Part shown: positions 23,926 to 37,403 of the stretch, one piece after another | Layout of the letters: every line of letters starts with the position of its first letter | Numbering within the stretch: position 1 is the first letter of the stretch | Assembly (NCBI GenBank): GCA_024679065.1 | Contig: JAGIQG010000017.1 | Coordinates: forward strand, 32,798,001 to 32,862,000 | DNA: 64,000 bases | Direction: 5' to 3' | Source of the DNA: Sphyrna mokarran | Taxonomy: Eukaryota | Position numbers and translations under genes: made by a program | The notes under the pieces: model-generated | Databases searched by the model: none | Told to the model about the DNA's origin: nothing | The model's input: the letters and a program-made list of their open reading frames with translations, nothing else

Positions 23926-24798
23926 AATTTTTAAAACAAATGGAATGTACTGGTCTATTTAGTTGGAATATTCAAGTGCCTGAGGAATAGTGTTTACTGC
24001 CCTGGACAAGACAGTGATTGGCAACCGCATTATCTTTCCCTACAAATCCCTTAATCCTCTCGTATTGCTAAGTGATAGCTACCTGATACACAGTTTAAGC
24101 ACCTTTTTCACCTGGCATCCAGACTACAATAATCAAGGTTAAAAGACACTTGATGCTGCATGATCTTTTAATGCCATATTATGTATATAAAACAATCGGA
24201 GGTACTAGAAGTACATGGATCCAGTCATTACTGTGTTAAGGGTCTCTATCACTTGCAGGTTAGTTGTAGCTGAAGTGGGTAAATATGTCAAGGTATGAAG
24301 CATGTGCCCAGGTTCTTCACTGTAGACAATGAACATCTTTAAAACTCATGCTTTGAAAAGGTAGCACCAGAAGTCCACTAATCCACTACTGTTGTTGTGA
24401 GGGAGCAATGATGGGTTGCACATTGTTTATATGTGGTATATATTACTGTTTCAAAACAGCAGAAGGATGTCAGGTCTCCATTCACAAAATGATATTACAA
24501 AAATTTTCAGGTTGCTCTAAGTAGATTTTAGATAAGACTCTTCTCTTGAAGATTGCATTTTGTTTTGTGTTAAATTATTTCAGTCTTTACAAAGTCAATC
24601 TGATTTTCCTGACTATGTATTCATCATTAAATTGTTCTTAAATAATTAGTTGTGAAGAAATGCACACTGTTGACCTGATAGTATATTAACAAAATAAATT
24701 CCTACCCTGCAGTTTCTCACCCAAGGTCCTATGTGTGATCACCTGATATTAGAAATAATCTTTCCATCATTACATCTTTAAAACAGGAATCTTTAAAA

Positions 24799-25068
24799 TA
24801 GTTAGCACTCTGCCTCATAGTACCAGGGACCTGGGTTCAATTCCCAACTCAGGTATCTGTCTATGTGGAGTCTGTATGTTCTCCCTGTGTCTATGTGGGT
24901 TTCCTCCAGGTGCTCTAGTTTCCTCTCACAGTCTGAAAGATGTGCTAGTTAGATGCAATGGCCATGCTAAATTCTTTGTCCATGTACCCGAGAAGGTATC
25001 AGGGTGTGGCAACTAGGAGATTTTCATACATTGCCTACCTATGACTAATAAATAAACCTGAAAAAAAC
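24799..25068 (+). mobile_element. V-SINE-like element, tail type B
   Basis: GTTAGCACTCTGCCTCA...GGGTTCAATTCCC; core; ...TGACTAATAAATAAAC. Confidence 0.88.
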
Positions 25069-25500
25069 TAATGCAGGCTTTATTTATGCTTAGAAATAAG
25101 GATTTCATGTAAGATATTAGGATTTTGTACATTCAAAGATATGTTATTCTCTCCACGTGCTTTACACAAAGTAAAACTTACAAGTTTATTTCCTCTATCT
25201 TTATTGACCTGAGGATCATCATATTACCTCAAAAATCTCACTTTGGGAAAAAAAAATCCAGCTGCATTGTTAAGTGTTTCACAGATAGTTTTCTAACAAT
25301 TTAGGTTGTTCTCAGCTTTTCTGAATCATCTCTTTACAGTTAGTTAAAATGACCAATATTTATAATATAATTGGGATATAAAGCATTTATTCAGCATTAT
25401 AGAGTGTGTTGTGTCTTTAGGATCCAGTGTCTTTAAAGAATTAATGGCAACATTTATTGATGCAAATAATGCAAAAGAAATGGGTACCTCCTTTAGGGGT

Positions 25501-25783
25501 TTTAAGTTTAAGTTTATTTATTAGTGTGACAAGTAGGTTCACATTAAACTGCAATGAAGTCACTGAAAATTCCCTTGTTGCCAAACTCCGGTTCAGTACA
25601 CTGAGGGAGAATTTAGCATGGTCAGTGCACCTAACCAGCACATTGTTTGCATTGTGGGAGAAACCGGAACAACCCTGCACTGACATGGGGAGAACATGCA
25701 GACTCTGCACAGTGACGAAGCTGGGAATTGAACCCAGGTCCGTGGCGCTGTGAGGCAGCAGCGCTAACCACACTGTCACCGTG
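25501..25783 (-). mobile_element. V-SINE-like element, tail type B
   Basis: Reverse-complement head, core and AATAAATAAACTTAAACTT tail. Confidence 0.9.
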
Positions 25784-26354
25784 TCACCCCTGCAGAAGAG
25801 GGTCAGAGATGGATTTATTTTGGTTAGGTTAATGACAAAGAGGAGTTTAGCTCTTGTCGATTTGATAAAGTATTGTCCCTCAGCGTGGAAGCTGTTACAC
25901 ACTGGAGGATGAATGGTAAAGTAGTGTGATTAGAGTGCAACATAGTCTTGTCTCAGTATCCATTTCAGATTAGTGAAGGTATATATAATAATATCAAGGT
26001 TTGCAACCTGATGACAAAAGCACGAGAGTCTCTTGGCTATTAAAAGTTGTCTTTTCATTTACCTAATAAATCTTTAGATCAGCGGGATCATGATCATTCC
26101 TTTTTGAAAGATGCCTACCCAAAATTTGATACACCATTTGAAATCCCACCAGACTTCTTTAATGAGCATTGTGAATAAATCCCATCTGAGTAGTTAAAAG
26201 GGTGTGAATTCTGACTGCTAAATGTCCTACATTTTGTCATAGTACAGGTGATATTCTGCGCCCATTACAAGTAAAACTGCACTTGAAAAATGGATAGTTT
26301 AATATCCTGAGAATGAAATTCAAACTTTTTTTAAAAGCGCTTTAGAATAAATGT

Positions 26355-26643
26355 CATAGAATCCCTATAGTGCAGAAGAGGTTGTTTGGCCCATCAAGTC
26401 TGCACTGACTCTCTGACCGGATGATTTACCCAGGCCCTATCCATCACCCTAACCTTGGAACCCTGCACACTCTCCATGGCTAATCCACTTACCTACAGAT
26501 CTTGTAGGAGGAAACCAGCGCACCGAGGGGAAATATAGGCATGCGAAGAATGTGTAATCTCTACACTTACCCAATGCTGGAGTCAAACCTGGATCCCTGA
26601 TGCTGTGAGGCAGCAGTGCTAACTACTGTGCTACCGTGCCATC
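26355..26643 (-). mobile_element. HE1-like SINE, tail type A
   Basis: CATAGAATCCCTA tail; TGTGAGGCAGCAGTGCTAAC head (reverse complement). Confidence 0.88.
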
Positions 26644-27212
26644 CATGAGGAATAAGTTTGTTGGATTTTTGTACTTTGAAATAGATGACAAAGTTTCAGA
26701 AATGTTTTCACCATTTCTAACAAATAGTGCGAAAGAGTAAAGAAACTTTAATCATTGCACTGCCTATCTGGGTATTAACCTATTAAGGAAAAGAAGGCAT
26801 AGTTTCCTAATTAAGAATTGACATATATTTAATAAAACATGGTGATCCATTTTACAATGACCAATTGCTGTTAAATTTAAGATTTCTATCTTTTTCTATG
26901 AAGTTCAGTCCATTACATTTGTTTACACAGTCTGTTTAATTTGCAAAATGATTCGGTGAAGAGGTGTTTGATCAGGGGCCCAAGTTTGAGGTTCTTTTTA
27001 ATTGTAAGAGACATAACTGAACTGTACCTAGGGAACTGGAGGAATAATTTAAAATATTGCTGAAGCCCCCAAACCAGTGCAATGCAATTTTGAATAAGGA
27101 TTGCGAAAGAATGCAAAAGAGTCAATGGGTAGGCAAGCAGAATACAAGGATAGTTGGTAAACAAAATATAATACCGAAACATATGAAAGTGTAATGTAGA
27201 AAATGTAAATCA

Positions 27213-27529
27213 TACAATCCCTACAGTGCAGAAGGAGGTCATTTGGCCCATTGCATGTGCATTGACTTTTCGACAGAGCATCTTACCCAGGGTCTCTTCC
27301 CTACCCTATCCCTGTAACTCTACACATTTAGCATGGCCAATCCATCTAACCTATACATTTTGAAACACTAAACCCGCACATCTTTGGACTGTGGGAGGAA
27401 ACCAGAGCATCGGCAGAAACGTACGCAGTCACAGGAAGAACATGCAAACTCCACACAATCAGTTACCCAAGGCCAGAATTGAACCCAGATCCATGGTACT
27501 GTGACGCAGCAGTGCTAACCACAGCGCCA
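27213..27529 (-). mobile_element. HE1-like SINE, tail type A
   Basis: AATCCCTACAGTGCAG tail; GGACTGTGGGAGGAAACC core; GCAGCAGTGCTAACC head. Confidence 0.9.
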
Positions 27530-27846
27530 TCAAGAGTCCTTAAATACATCTTAAATGGGAAGATTTTAAGTGGAGTAGAGTGCTGGGACTTTGGATAGTA
27601 GGCCTGAACTTCTGCTTCTACAGATAGAAAATCCACTTATGAAAACTTTTTTTTTAAATTCTGATACCATTTCAAATGGCAGACAGAAGAAAATGCAGAA
27701 AGATCTGAATAAAGAGAAATGTAAATTTTTAAAAATCACCAAACAGAAACAGTGACCTTGATCTTTGCTTCAACTAAAGGTGGGCACCAAGTTATGTATG
27801 TTCAGAATTGGCTATGGAAGTAAAGTTGGAATGGTGTTGTACACAT

Positions 27847-28454
27847 GGGGAGACAATTGCCTGGTGACATTGTTATTGGACTATTCATCCAGAAACTCAG
27901 TTAATGTTCCGGGGAACCAGGTTCGAATCCCGTTATGGCAGGAAGACCTCAATCTACAGCTGTGGTGATTTTGGACAAGGATTGCAGGTATGATAGCAGC
28001 AATTAAGGAGCATCTAGATGAGTACATGAATAGGATGGGAATGGAAGGATATGGATTCCATAAGTGCATACAGTTTAACTTAGGAGGCATCATTATCAGA
28101 GCAGCCTTGGAAGGTGGAAGGGCCTGTTCCTGTGCTGTACTGTTCTTTGTTCATGGCAGATGATGGATTTTAAATTCAAGAAGACATATCCAAAATTAAG
28201 AATGACCATGAAACCATTGTTAGAAAAAACCCATCTGTTTCTCTAATGTCCTTCAGTGAAGAAAATCTGCCATCCTTATCTAGCCTGGCCTACATAGGAC
28301 TCCAAATCCACAGCAATGTATTGACTCTCAACTGCCCTTTAAGGGTAACTAGGGATGGGTTATAAATGCTGGCCAACTAGTGACGTCATTTTCTCCATAT
28401 TTCTCCACATCTTCTTCACATAACTAGCAATGCCCATATTTAACAAATGAATTA
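27847..28454 (+). mobile_element. tRNA-derived SINE interrupted by a CR1 3' end
   Basis: B-box GGTTCGAATCCC (27920-27931); body resumes at 28153. Confidence 0.85.
27942..28152 (+). mobile_element. 5'-truncated CR1 3' end with 7-bp TSD
   Basis: Translates KEHLDEYMNRMGMEGYG; tail CTGTACTGTTCTTTGTTC; ATGGCAG duplicated at 27935-27941 and 28153-28159. Confidence 0.85.
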
Positions 28455-28757
28455 GAACAGTCCAGTGATCTAGTTTAAATGTTGTATTGGGAGTTGTGGG
28501 GGGTGGGTTGCAATCTTCAAAATAGAAAGATCTGAATTATACTGATGAATTTTATTGGAAAATTTCCAATAAACCATTGCAATATCGGAAAAATTAGGCA
28601 AGGAGGTGGAATTATATTAATGAGCTAACTAGCATTTCAGCAAATATGATCAGAGAGTGGTGCAAAATGAATAATGTGATTCATGGGCAATACTTTCCAG
28701 AAATCTGGGGTTATGAATTCATTATACAGCAGCATTTCTCACATGGTTTGAGTATAC

Positions 28758-28985
28758 TGGTTTTCTCCCACAGTCCAGAGACTTGCAGGTTAGGTCGATT
28801 GGCGATGCTAAATTGCCCTTCAGAGTCCCAAATTATGTAGATCAGATGGATTAGCCATGGTAAATGAGTTATAGAGATAGGGCAGGGAAGAGGGGCTGGG
28901 TGAGATATTCTGTCTGAGAGTTGGTGCAGACTCGATGGGCCAAATGGCCTCTTCTGCACTGTAGGGATTCTATAATTCTATTCTC
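28758..28985 (+). mobile_element. 5'-truncated HE1-like SINE, tail type A
   Basis: CTCCCACAGTCC core; GGGCCAAATGGCCTCTTCTGCACTGTAGGGATTCTA tail. Confidence 0.88.
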
Positions 28986-29681
28986 TGAGTCTATGCTGTT
29001 GAAAGAGCCACCACAAAATACATCTGTTTCCTAGCAACAATTTACCAACCTCATCTATAAAACGGACTTAAAATAATTTACAATGTACTTTCAAACATTG
29101 ACGTTAAGTGTTAAAGTTGATATTTTTGGCAAACGATATATTGGCTGAAGGAAATGTCAGTCTACATTGAAGAATTCAGGCTGTGCTTCAATTTCATAAA
29201 ACTGATCATGTATTGTCCCTCACATCTTTCTTACAATCATCATTTTCAATTTGATTCACTTTTACCAGTTTATATGATTAAATTTAGTGAAATTGCCCGT
29301 AAACAAGTGAATTACTTAATCTTATAAAATGAAAAAACTCCATGAAAACCTTTCAAGAATATTAAAAATGACAAAAATATATCATAAATATAACTAAATT
29401 AACTTCATTTTCCACAATGGTTTGCTGCAGTGTTTTTGAAATATTCTGTAATGTTACATGTATGGTTGTGATACAGTGCGCCATACGTAATGCCTTGAGA
29501 ACTGCACAATGTTTCATGCTCATATCTATTGTCAGCACAACAGTCTACTAAATGGAACTGGTCACTGTAAACTTGTGAACAGGGCAAACATCTGATTTGG
29601 GCAGGAAATCACTCCTGCCCAATGGGGAACTACTCCATTACTAAAGTGGCAAATATTCCAGAATTTCAGTCCACTTACAAT

Positions 29682-29874
29682 GGGCTGGATTTTCACTACT
29701 GAGACAATGGGCGGGATTTTATGGCCTCACTCATCCCAAACCCGCAAAATCCCACCTGAAATCAACGGATGTTTCCACTGTCCACCCCTCACCTGCTCTG
29801 ATTCATGTGGGATGGTAAAATTCCAGCCTCTAAATGGTTCAAGTTGGTATCTTGGCACTGACCAGTGCCAGGGG

Positions 29875-29921
<47 letters not shown>

Positions 29922-30438
29922 AGCGCATAGGGGAGAGCCAAAGATGCAGGGCCTACTGGGGACAGGGTCTACTGAGGGATTATTTGGTGGGGGGAACCTG
30001 CTGCAGTGTGCAATGGGATCAGTGGGGGAGGGAGAGAGAGGGCAGTCGGTGGGGATTGGGGCTGGCTATAGGAAGGGGCTGGCAATTGGGTTGACTAGGG
30101 TGTGGGGCAGGGGATGATTGGATACGCCAGTGACCAGGATGGATTGGGGATAACATCAGGAGGCCAGCGATCAGGAAGCCAGCAACCAATGGGCCAGTGC
30201 ACATGTGCTGATTTCCCTGAAGGTCAGTGCATGTGCAGTAGCTCGCTCAATGCTATGCTGCATACCTCTCCAGCAAGATGAAGGTCCACACCTCCTTTCC
30301 AGTGTGAGTCTCTCTGAGGCACTCTGTGCTGTACAGAGTGAAGGAGGTTAACTAAACTAAGTATGCCCTAAAAACAGGTGGGAAGATTTCCCATTTCCCA
30401 ACCAGTGGGTATTTAGTTTTGTTTTCAAGAATCCCAGC
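29682..30438. mobile_element. Non-autonomous Harbinger-like element with nested ~120 bp MITE (29709-29828)
   Basis: Outer GGGCTGGATTTTC...AAGAATCCCAGCC; inner GGGCGGGATTTTA...TAAAATTCCAGCC. Confidence 0.6.
29876..29920. repeat. Poly-G homopolymer (45 nt)
   Basis: Seen directly. Confidence 0.95.
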
Positions 30439-30807
30439 CTCTTTTTTTTTATTTCTGATAGTTGGTGAGTATTTGCCCTCACATAATGGATAAGGATTTA
30501 CCGATGTGTGTGTGACGTTTTTGCAGGAAAAGATGTTTGCTATAGAAAAGCATCACTTCTTCAACATTTACCATTTTATTAAATGTATGGAATTATGATA
30601 TATGAATTATAATAATAAATTGTCACTGTATAAGGAAGTTTGAGGCTTGATATTCCCGGAGCCCTGTTCCACTGGTATAAATCCTGTGAAGTTAAATTTT
30701 CATTGGCTCACACTCAAGTCACTGACCATACATCAGATTCCAGGCACAGGAAAAGGCTACCCATGCTTGAAAGCGTGTAAGATTTGAAGTCCTTATTCTC
30801 TGATGTA

Positions 30808-30908
30808 ATTTATGAATGGTATGCTTTGTCTGTATAGCACGCAAGAAACAATATTTTTCACTATCCCAATATATGTGACAATAATAAATCAATTCAAATC
30901 AAATCAAA
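30808..30908 (+). mobile_element. Rex1/Babar-like LINE extreme 3' end
   Basis: TATGAATGGTATGCTTTGTCTG...TGTGACAATAATAAATCAATTCAAATCAAATCAAA. Confidence 0.85.
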
Positions 30909-31511
30909 TTTCCTTAGAGTTTTGCAGATACAGTAATTACAGACGATATACTCTAATCATTAATTATGCTCTTGTTTCATGTATTTACATGAAATAATTG
31001 CGAGCACAGATACACATTGTGAAATGGGCTTTCAGCAGTACCAGAAAATAGCATGATGTTGAGATAAACTTTCTATCCTTGAAATTCTGTTCACACAAGG
31101 CAGAAGTGATAATCCAACTGGCGCTAGAATTCAGGGGTAGTTCCAGAAAGTCAGCATCTTACCCCATTTGTGAACTGAGTGAAGTTCAAGGGAGAAGGCA
31201 AGTTGGGAAATGTTGCCCTAAAATTTGTCCTACCAACTACCCCCCCCCACCTCCCACACCTTCATGTTAAGAGAGCGGGAAGGAAAGGAGTTTGTGATTT
31301 TATCATCAATTAATGGCAAATAGATATCAAAATGGAAACAGCAATAGCTGTAGGCCCTGGTCTTAATCACAGTTCCCACCTCTATCGTTTGTGAGAGACA
31401 AGTTGTGACGGATGAGGGAGAATCTTCCCCATCCAATGATTGCAGTCAGGTATGATGGCTACAGTGTATGTGTTCTTTTTGCCACAGGGCTAGTATCTAC
31501 TCAGACATATA

Positions 31512-31965
31512 CTTATATAAAACCTTGGTTAGGCTGCACTTGGAGTATTGTGTGCAATTCTGGTCACCATGCTACCAGAAGGAGATAGAAGTTTTGGAGA
31601 GAGTATAAAGAAGGTTCAGCAGGCTGTTGCTTGTTCTCGAGGGTGTTGGCTATGAGGAGAGGTTGAATAAAATAGGATTGTTTTCACTGGAAAGACAAAG
31701 ACTTATTTGAGGTGTACAAAATTAAAAGGCATAAACAGGGTGGATAGAGGCTTTTCCCAGGGTAGGAGTGTCAATTACAAGGACGAACAGCTTCAAGGTG
31801 AGAAGGGAAAAACTTAGGAGAGATATGCGAAGGAAGTCTTTCATGCAGAGAGTGATGGGTGCCTGGAATGCACTGCTAGAGGAGATGATGGAAGCAGGCA
31901 CATTAGCAACATTTAAAAGGCATCTGTATGGGTACATGAATAGGGTGGGAATAGAGAGATACGGC
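31512..31965 (+). mobile_element. CR1 LINE ORF2 3' fragment
   Basis: [19 protein letters not shown]; SFMQRVMGAWNALLEEMMEAGTLATFKRHL. Confidence 0.92.
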
Positions 31966-31979
31966 ATTTTTTCCTTGAG

Positions 31980-32102
31980 CGGGACTTTCCGGCTGCGGTC
32001 ACCCCAAAACTGGAAAATCCCATCTGAGCTCAACAGGCCTTTCCACCATCTGCCCCTTGCCCATTATTTTCTCGTGATGAGCAGAATGGGAAAATTTATC
32101 CC
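31980..32102. mobile_element. ~125 bp MITE
   Basis: Homologous to 13930-14056. Confidence 0.7.
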
Positions 32103-33442
32103 TTTGAGTCCTTTGTTTGAAAACAAAAAAGAATGAGGCAGGCCTGAAGTGATTGGGCCTTGGCTATGTTGGAAGTACGTAACCGTTTTAAAGTTAATAA
32201 AGCTTTCCTGAGTGCTTTCTAAACAGTTCCTTATGTTGTTTATGAATTAGTTAGGTCATACCTTTCTCTTTTTTATATGTTTACATACATGGCAGTTGGG
32301 GAAAGCGTAAAAGCCTTTGCTGTTCCAATGAGTAATTAGTCCTTCAATGGAGATTGAGTGCTTCTTGTGACATTACACTGATGGGAACCACTGAGGAAAA
32401 GTTGTTCAGTTGGGCTAGGCTTATTTACAATAAACTGTTTTGTATTTACTGTAAACCAGTCGGGTTTCCAGGACAAGCACATCAATGAATCCCACTCCAT
32501 CATGTTGTTCATCTTAGTGTTCTGTTTTATTAAGTCCAGTAAAGGGGTGCCATGAAGTGAAGCTTAATGCCATAAACTCAAACACAACTTTCAGAATCAA
32601 TATAAAAAAGACACATCACTAATATCTGTGGCTGAATTAAAAGTCTGTATCTGTACTTGGGATTCTAAGTTATAATCATATTCCAAAAACACATTCCAAA
32701 ATTCATTCAAAAGGTCACATAAATGCAGTTTTTTAGCATGAAATGTATGTAATAGATGCTTGTTGGGCAGTAAGTACAAAATATCTTTGTAAAATATCCA
32801 AGTTAAATAGCATGTTGCAAAATTGTTATGTACTATTAAGTTATATTAACTTGCATGAAACATGGTAAGTTTTATTTTCTGAAAGCAGAAACTGACATTA
32901 GCTTGGATTTTGCAGCTGTAATAAAGGTGAAATTGTTAGCATCCATTAGCATTACTCTGTGGAACTGAGACCAGCTTCTGGCATCCACATATCTGCAATT
33001 AAATGCAGACATCTTGAGGGTGCTGTTAGCAATGTCCCACTTCTCTGAAGGATGCACTGTTGAAGTCTTCACGGATAGTATCAATATGAATATGCAGAAC
33101 TGATGTAAACATCCACTGTTTACATTATTATTTCCATGGTGAAAGCCCGTGGGAAAAATCATGCCTCCGTGATTGAGGGGTACCTGGGTTTAAATGACAT
33201 AGCAAGTGATGAACAACGTCTCTGGCTCTGAAAAACTAATTTTATATTTGTGAGATGACAAATTTGACAATTCCGTGATATTAACCTCATCCTCTTACAT
33301 TTTGCTTCGAATTACTTAACAAGTTATTGAGTTTCTTGATTAAGAATATTCTTATGAATAGCCCACAGTAAATTATCCTCCAGCAACAGAGATTTCACTT
33401 TTGAAAGTTTTCTTTGTGCATTCAGCAAGCTGTTAATATCAT

Positions 33443-33560
33443 TGGGTGGATTTTATGGCCTGGTCATCCTGAAACTGTAAAAGCCCATCAAAGTCAACAG
33501 ACCTTCCAATGCTCTTTCCCCCGCCTGCTCCAATTCCCATGGAGGCGGAACAGTAACACT
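33443..33560. mobile_element. ~120 bp MITE
   Basis: GGGTGGATTTTATGGCC start; homologous to 29709 and 38405. Confidence 0.65.
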
Positions 33561-34170
33561 CTGGTCATTATTGGTGAGGCTGTATTGTTCCAGATTTTTA
33601 TTTTAACCTCTAATGCGAAATCCATGCCACAAAGCTCTGTAGATCTATGCAGTATTTTTGTTAAGGCTAGCACAAGCGGCATCACTGCATTGTGACTGCA
33701 AAATCTGGCTATAATATTATATAATGTTCCATTAATGATGTGTAAAACTCACTTAAAGAATGAGAACTGTAAAATTAAATTTGAAGGGTATCAGGACTAG
33801 TTTATGCTCTTGACAGACCCACAGAGAATAAATGTTTGTAATATTTTGATCCAGTCATTTACATTTAAAGCAAATATTGTCAGGGCACATATTAATAGCA
33901 AAACAATAATAACACCATTCTGTTTCTGATCACACCATTATCATGTAACAACTGTTTGCCTGTTTGCAGCACAAATATATATTTGATGACTTTTGCCCTT
34001 TTAATAATTATGTGTCAAACCTTTGTCCTTAATAGAGATTTCTTCCACCTGAAAGCCATGCTTTTTAATAGAAGGCAAAGGTAATTTATATTTAAATAAC
34101 ACCTCGAAGTTCAAACAGGAATCTCTACAAGACAATTGTCAATTTGTTTTGTCTCTGACAAATCTGATTA

Positions 34171-37100
34171 CAGAACATAGAACATAGAACATTACAGCAC
34201 AGAACAGGCCCTTCGGCCTTCGATGTTGTGCCGACCAAAATAAAAAGCAATGCCCCTCCAAACTAAACCATTCCCTTCTCTTCCATATACTTATCAATTA
34301 ACCTCTTAAACGCCACCAAACTCGGCGCATCTACAACAGCTGCAGGCAGGGCATTCCACTCCCTAATCACTCTTTGAGTAAAGAACCTACCTCTGATATC
34401 CGTCCTATAACTCATACCCCTTAATTTAAAGCTGTGTCCCCTCGTGCTAGCTTTCTCCATCCTAGGAAAAAGGCTATCACTGTCCACCCTATCTAAACCT
34501 CTAATCATCTTATATGCTTCAATAAGATCCCCTCTTAGCCGCCTCCTTTCTAACGAAAACAACCTCAAATCCTTCAACCTCTCTTCATAGGACCTGCCCT
34601 CCATACCAGGCAACATCCTGGTAAACCTCCTCTGTACCCTCTCCAATGCCTCCACATCTTTCTTATAATGTGGGGACCAGAACTGCACACAATACTCCAA
34701 GTGCGGCCGCACTAGAGTTTTGTACAGTTGCAACATGATGCTGCGGCTCCTAAATTCAATCCCCCTACCAATAAAAGCTAAGACTCCATATGCCTTCTTA
34801 ACAACTTTATCCACTTGACTGCCTACTTTCAGGGATCTATTGACACATACACCAAGATCCTTCTGTTCCTCAACACTATTAAGAGCCCTACCATTAGCCC
34901 TATACTCTACACATTTATTGTTCCTGCCAAAGTGCATTACCTCACACTTTTCCACATTAAACTCCATTTGCCACCTCTCGGCCCAGCTCTGCAACTTGTC
35001 CAAGTCACTCTGTAAACTAAAACACCCCTCTTCACTATCTACCACTCCACCAACTTTAGTATCATCTGCAAATTTACTGATCCATCCCTCAATACCCTCA
35101 TCCAGATCATTTATAAAAATTACAAACAGCAGGGCCCCAAAACAGACCCCTGAGGTACACCACTTGTCACCGAACTCCACGATGAATATCTCCCATCAAC
35201 CACCACCCTCTGTCTTCTATCTGCCAGCCAATTCCTAATCCAATTAGCTAAATCACCCTCTATTCCACACATCTGCATTTTCTGTAGAAGTCTTCCATGG
35301 GCCACCTTATCAAACGCCTTACTAAAGTCCATATATACTACATCAACCGCCTTACCCCCATCCACCTCTCTGGTCACTTTCTCAAAAAACTCAATGAGGT
35401 TAGTAAGGCATGACCTACCCTTCACGAAACCATGCTGACTATCCCCAATCAATTCATTTCTCTCTAAATAACTATAAATCCTATCCCTAATAATTCTCTC
35501 CAATACCTTGCCCACAACAGAAGTAAGACTCACTGGCCTATAATTCCCTGGAAGGTCTCTCTTCCCCTTCTTAAACAATGGGACCACATTCGCTATCCTC
35601 CAGTCCTCCGGAACCACACCCGTAACCAACGAGGACCTGAAGATCAGAGCCAGAGGCTCTGCAATCTCCTCTCTTGCCTCCCAGAGAATCCTAGGGTAAA
35701 TCCCGTCCGGCCCAGGGGACTTATCCAACTTCAAACCCTCGAGAATTTCTAACACATCCTCCCTATCTACTACAATACTTCCCAATTTGCGACCCTGTAC
35801 CTCAGTGTTCTCCATAGCTACATTTCCAGCACTCTGCGTGAATACCGAAGAGAAATATTTATTCAGTGCCTCACCAATCTCTTCAGGCTCCACGCACAAC
35901 TTCCCACTGCTGTCTATGACTGGCCCTAATCTTGCCCTAACCAATCTTCTATTCTTAACATATCGAAAGAAAGCTTTAGGATTCTCCTTAATCCTGTCAG
36001 CCAACATCTTCTCGTGTCCCCTCTTAGCTCTCCTCAATTCACTTTTTAGCTCCTTCCTGGCTAATCTATAGCTATCCATTGCACTAACTGAGCCTTCAAG
36101 CCTCATCCTGACATAAGCCTCCTTTTTCTTTTTAACCAGCAAATCAACTTTTTTCGTACACCAAGGCTCTCTTACTCGACCATTTCCTCCCTGCCTGACA
36201 GGGACATACTTATCAAGGACTCACAGCAGCTGCTCCTTGAATAAGCTCCACATTCCAGATGTTCCCAGTCCCTGTAGTTTCCTAGTCCAATCTATGCACC
36301 CTAATTCTCTCCTGATGGCCTCATAATTACCCTTCCCCCAGCTATAACTACTGCCCCCAGCTTCATGCCTATCCCTGTCCATCACTAAGGTGAACGTAAC
36401 CGAATTGTGGTCACTATCACCAAAATGTTCACTAACTTCCAAGCCTAACACCTGGTCTGGCTCATTGCCCAGCACCAAATCCAATGTAGCCTCACCTCTA
36501 GTTGGCCTATCTACATACTGAGTCAAAAAACCTTCCTGCACACTCTATACGAAAACTGACCCCTCTAACGAGCTAGAGCTATAGCTATTCCAATCAATAT
36601 TAGCAAAGTTAAAGTCCCCCATCACAATTACCCTACTACTTTCACTCCTAATCAGAATTGACTTCGCAATCCTTTCCTCAACCTCTCTAGAACTATTAGG
36701 AGGTCTGTAAAAGACTCCCAACAGGGTGACCTCTCCTCTCCTGTTTCTAATCTCAGCCCATACTACCTCAACAGACAAGTCCTCATCAAACTTCTTTTCT
36801 ATCACCGTGATACAGTCTTTGACCAATAATGCCACTCCTCCCCCCTTCTACCTCCTTCTCTACTCCGACTAAAGCATTTGTACCCCGGAACCTGCAACAT
36901 CCATTCCTGTCCCTGCTCTACCCAAGTCTCTGAAATGGCCACAACATCGAAGTTCCAGGTACTGGTCCAAGCTGCAAGTTCCTCCCCCTTATTGCGAATA
37001 CTCCTTGCATTAAAGTATACGCATTTCAAACCATGCCCCACCCCACCCGTACGCCGCTGTGTTTTACAACTCTCTTCTATAACCCCCTTACTCTCATCCC

Positions 37101-37350
37101 TCTCAGCACCCCAACTACTTAGGATCCCACCCCCCCCCGAATCAGTTTAAAGCCCCCATCATAGCCTTAGCAAATTTTCCCCCCAAGATATTAGTCCCCC
37201 TCTGGTTCAGGTGTAGACCATCTCTCTTGAAGAGGTCCCACCTATCCCAGAATGAGTCCCAATTGTTAAGGAACCTGAACCCCTCCCTCCTGCACCATCC
37301 ACGCAGCCATGAGTTCAAACTTTCCCTTTCTCTGTTCTTCTCTAAACTAT
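34171..37350 (-). mobile_element. Young CR1 LINE: ORF1 esterase C-terminus, ORF2 (APE endonuclease + RT) and (TGTTCTA)n tail
   Basis: ORF1 end ...LNSWLRGWCRREGFRFLNNWDSFWDRWDLFKRDGLHLN...* (~37350-37142); ORF2 CVYFNARS, ISETW, MGDFN, SDHNSV, DFSKAFD, GVPQGS, FADDTK; two in-frame stops (36545, 36221) and two frameshifts (~36840, ~35135). Confidence 0.97.
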
Positions 37351-37403
37351 CTTGAAACTATTACTTGAATTGCACAGATAGCTCAAGTATATAGCTCCAG
37401 ATC

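Noticed and set aside
29680-30117. 145-aa poly-Gly ORF
   Set aside because: Spans a MITE and the poly-G run; no coding signature
34263-36142. 305-aa and 340-aa ORFs as host genes
   Set aside because: They are pieces of one disrupted CR1 ORF2
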